NCBI GenBank assembly: GCA_965216785.1
Contig: OZ244197.1
Location: forward strand, 1,088,001-1,152,000
Source of the DNA: Thermodesulfobacteriota bacterium
Lineage (GTDB): Bacteria > Desulfobacterota_D > UBA1144 > Nemesobacterales > UBA2774
DNA length: 64,000 nt
Direction of reading: 5' to 3'
The notes beneath the pieces are model-generated. The model was not told the DNA's origin, did no database searches, and saw nothing but the letters and a program-made list of their open reading frames with translations. The translations under genes and the position numbers were made by a program. Every line of letters begins with the position of its first letter. Positions within the stretch are counted from its first letter, which is position 1. Of the stretch, positions 61,093 to 64,000 are shown one piece after another.

Positions 61093-61701
61093 TTGGCTAA
61101 TACTAAAGGGACAGTATCGTATATGAACGGCAGACCAAAAGTGCTTTTTTCATGGAGCGGAGGTAAAGACAGTGCACTTGCTCTATATGAAATTCTCAAT
61201 TCCGGGGCATATGAGATTGAATCATTGATCACAACCGTGACGGTTGATTACGGCAGGGTAAGCATGCACGGATTCAGGACCGAGCTTCTTCACACTCAAG
61301 CCGGCTCTTTGAACATTCCGCTTGAAGAGGTTTATATTTCAAAGGACGCTTCAAACGAGGAGTATGAGTACAGTCTGACGGATACGCTTTCAAAGTACCG
61401 TGAAGAGGGGGTTAACAAAGTGGTGTTCGGGGACATCTTTCTACAGGATATTAAAGAGTACCGGGAGGCCCTCTTATCCGGCATAGGAATGGAATGCGTG
61501 TTTCCTATCTGGAAGAGGGACAGCTCGTTACTCGCCCGGAACTTTATTGAAGAGGGGTTTCGTGCGGTTATCGTATGTGTGGATACAGAGCAGCTGGACG
61601 CTTCTTTTTCAGGCCGGGAGTTTGATGAGAGTTTTCTTTCGGACCTGCCCTCAGGAGTCGATCCGTGCGGAGAAAACGGGGAGTTCCATACTTTTGTTTA
61701 A
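61093..61701 (+). pseudogene. Diphthine-ammonia ligase (Dph6)-like PP-loop ATPase, 3'-truncated by an element insertion
   Basis: SWSGGKDS, RVSMHG, VFGDIFL, DPCGENGEFHTFV then an immediate stop; about 33 aa shorter than the homolog at 61837-62508; base composition shifts at the stop. Real start is probably ATG 61123. Confidence 0.8.
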
Positions 61702-61836
61702 GTAATGGTGTAACTCGCTAATTATACTGAACTATCTATTAAAAAATCATACCACATAATGATGAATTTAGCAAGCTGTTTTTTCAATCTTTAGGATATA
61801 ATATTTTAGATCATCATGACATGTCTTTGCTAGAGA

Positions 61837-62508
61837 TTAAGACGAGAAAATGTCACAGTAATAAAAACGTTCATCCCGTAAGACTATTTCGCCTAATCTG
61901 TGTTCGATTGGATTATTGAAGATCGGGCCATCGTAGGTGAAGGTATGAAATTCTCCGTTCTCTCCACAGGGATCAATTCCTGATGGAAGGTCATTCAAAA
62001 ACTGTTTATCGAATTCTCTTCCAACAAATTGCCCATCCAACTGGCTAGAATCAACACATACTATCACTGCTTTGAACCCAGTATCAATAAAGTTTTGAGC
62101 TAATTTAGCAGTATCTAATTTCCAAATTGGAAACAAACACTTCATCTCAATTTGTCCAAGAAGTGTTTCTCGATATTTCTTTATATCTTCTAGAAACAAA
62201 TCGCCAAATACCACCTGGCTAATACCGACCTCTTTAAATTTGTTTAGAACATCAATAAATCTATTTTCATATTCATCATTAGCAGCATTCTTCGAAATTA
62301 GAACCTTTTCAAGCGGAATATTCAAAGACTCCGCCTGTTGCTCGAGTAAATCAGTGCGTAAACCATGTATGCTGACTCTATCAAAATCACTCGTCACAGT
62401 AGTTATAAGAGATATAATTTCATATTTCCCGTTTTTTTGAATCTCATGTAGTGCTAAAGAGCTGTCCTTACCACCACTCCAGGAGAGTACTAAGGGCAAT
62501 TTTTTCAT
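61837..62508 (-). CDS. Full-length Dph6-like PP-loop ATPase carried by the element
   Basis: SWSGGKDS, RVSIHG, VFGDLFL, DPCGENGEFHTFTYDGPIF, FYYCD; AT-rich codons; 5 bp downstream of the recombinase stop. Confidence 0.9.
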   Translation of the reverse strand: MKKLPLVLSWSGGKDSSLALHEIQKNGKYEIISLITTVTSDFDRVSIHGLRTDLLEQQAESLNIPLEKVLISKNAANDEYENRFIDVLNKFKEVGISQVVFGDLFLEDIKKYRETLLGQIEMKCLFPIWKLDTAKLAQNFIDTGFKAVIVCVDSSQLDGQFVGREFDKQFLNDLPSGIDPCGENGEFHTFTYDGPIFNNPIEHRLGEIVLRDERFYYCDIFSS

Positions 62509-62513
62509 CTAAA

Positions 62514-64000
62514 TTAATCCTGTATATCTATATAATCTTCCAGATACAAAGCGCCCCCATGCCCATGTAGCTCGAGGTTTCTAAATTTATATCTCAGCTT
62601 TTTTATATATTTACTTTTCATGAGCTGTATGATTCCAGGTTCTACTTCATCGTACTCTACATATTTATCTTGTAGTGGATATACCCTTATCCATTCAAAA
62701 ATATTTTGTATTTCATGCCTTAGCTGCAATCTTAGCTTAGCAAGTTCTTGGTCATCTTTAGCAGATTCTAGAAAGTTATATGCTTCCTTTATATTGTCTT
62801 TTTGTTTTAAAAATCTGTTCCTTTGGTCAACTAAATCTTTTATTTCCTGTCCAAGGCTTTTGTTTTTGATAAGCAATTTTTGTTTAGCTGTTCGTTTTTC
62901 TGTAACTTCTTTGTCATATATTTTCTTATTCTCTTCGTCATCTGTAATACTGATTGTTTGTAGTAAATTTTTAATCTGAGAATCCAGATCATTTAGTATA
63001 AAATTGTTCTCTGATATTATTTGTTCTTTTTCTTTCTTAAGCTTTGTCGTTTCATCTTCATCTGGTAATAGTTTGTTAATATCCAGTTCATCAAAATTCT
63101 CAAAGAATATCCTCTCAAATTCATTGTAACGTACTGACTTAGCTGTACAAACCATGTCTCTTCTACTAACTTCTAAATCCGGTATTTTTCGACGGTTTAA
63201 TTTAGCTGCAATCTTTGCATCAATTTGTTTTTGATCTTTTTTTATGTCTATTGAAACTTTATTTTTTCGTCTTCTGCTATCACAAATAAGGTATTGAACT
63301 CCTTTATCCACAAACTGCATTGAGCTTCCACATATACCACATTTAACAACATGTGAAAACAAGTTATTCCCTTTATCCTTATTACCTCCTCCACCACCAT
63401 TGCCAGGGAATTTACTATTTTGTCGAATAAGCTCTTGTACCCTGTAAAATAAACCTTCTTCAATTACCTTTGGATAGTAATCTTTTATGGGGTCACCTTT
63501 CGCAACAGGTAATTCCCTTTCTTCCTCGTTACCGTTTTTGATGATCGTTTTAGTTTTCATTTCATGTGGCTGGTATTCTCCGATTAATTTCCTATTTTTA
63601 AGTATTTTGCTTATGTATGCATCGCGCCAACCGCCAGACTTGTTTCTAGAACTTTTAGGTGGTTTCCAAACGTCTGGATCAGCATTTAGTTCTTTTTCGA
63701 TCTTATAACTCCCTTTGCCTTCGAGTCTTTTTTGAAAAATTAATTCTATTGCTTTACATGCTTTCTCTATTGGAACAAATTCAGGTTTGTCAGCCGATAA
63801 TTTAAGCCAGAGAGGACATTTAGCACTATATATTCTTAGTTCTTTTTTACGTAATTTCTCCCTTTTTTCTTCTAATGCTTCTCTTATACGTTTTGATTTT
63901 TTTAAAGATTCATTGTGAGCTGCAGTCATTAAGTAAATACTATTAGTAAGTAGATTTGAATTCTTATTGATACTGCTTCTGTCGTATTCCTGATCATCTT
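62514..64000 (-). CDS. Large serine recombinase/integrase (catalytic N-terminus outside window)
   Basis: Frame is open to the window end (..DDQEYDRSS..IYLMTAAHNESLKKSKRI); P.WL, W....I.KILKNR..IG, DYYPKVI, NLFS..VKCGICG and C...R...C zinc ribbon, coiled-coil tail. Confidence 0.88.
   Translation of the reverse strand, partial: DDQEYDRSSINKNSNLLTNSIYLMTAAHNESLKKSKRIREALEEKREKLRKKELRIYSAKCPLWLKLSADKPEFVPIEKACKAIELIFQKRLEGKGSYKIEKELNADPDVWKPPKSSRNKSGGWRDAYISKILKNRKLIGEYQPHEMKTKTIIKNGNEEERELPVAKGDPIKDYYPKVIEEGLFYRVQELIRQNSKFPGNGGGGGNKDKGNNLFSHVVKCGICGSSMQFVDKGVQYLICDSRRRKNKVSIDIKKDQKQIDAKIAAKLNRRKIPDLEVSRRDMVCTAKSVRYNEFERIFFENFDELDINKLLPDEDETTKLKKEKEQIISENNFILNDLDSQIKNLLQTISITDDEENKKIYDKEVTEKRTAKQKLLIKNKSLGQEIKDLVDQRNRFLKQKDNIKEAYNFLESAKDDQELAKLRLQLRHEIQNIFEWIRVYPLQDKYVEYDEVEPGIIQLMKSKYIKKLRYKFRNLELHGHGGALYLEDYIDIQD

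Larger units (their letters stand above)
61699..64000. mobile_element. Left end of an AT-rich integrative element with a large serine recombinase
   Basis: Abrupt drop in GC after 61700, interrupted host gene, recombinase gene pointing toward the junction. Confidence 0.8.

Noticed and set aside
61093-62508. The two Dph6-like genes as a recent inverted duplication
   Set aside because: They differ at many amino acids and strongly in codon and GC usage, which fits a xenolog brought in by the element
1-64000. tRNA, rRNA, CRISPR arrays, IS elements
   Set aside because: None recognised by eye; tRNAscan-SE, Infernal and CRISPR finders would be needed to exclude them formally

Overview
A mostly chromosomal, moderate-GC bacterial region. 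The gene style suggests a Desulfobacterota/Candidatus Dadabacteria-like organism, but this is inference only. Core genes: ftsK 3' part, lolA, a split nuoABCD block, rluB, tmk-holB-metG, ilvD, cofE, cspA, rrf2-sufBCD-Rieske, Mn-type sod, an alternative sigma-70, and class II RNR nrdJ. There is also a sigma-54-type minor-pilin operon (pilV-W-X-Y1-fimU-like), a TetR/methyltransferase unit with clear operators, and a P460-like multiheme lipoprotein. Four things stand out. (1) A 4-gene locus at 51.6-57.7 kb: a DUF5995-like protein, two paralogous SLOG + 4TM (SLATT-like) proteins (one with a degenerate SLOG), and a Toll-like-receptor-shaped protein (cytoplasmic TIR, one TM, two Cys-rich DUF4189-like repeats). 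This is a candidate envelope-sensing, Thoeris-like nucleotide-signalling system. (2) At 61.7 kb an AT-rich large-serine-recombinase element interrupts a Dph6-like ATP pyrophosphatase gene and carries a full-length replacement homolog right behind its integrase. (3) Tandem NrdR-like boxes with the same 31-bp spacing occur at both nrdJ and the sod promoter. (4) There is an orphan structured RNA candidate at 27.85-27.97 kb, and several genes appear leaderless. I recognised no rRNA, tRNA or CRISPR array. All family assignments come from motif recognition by eye, not database searches.
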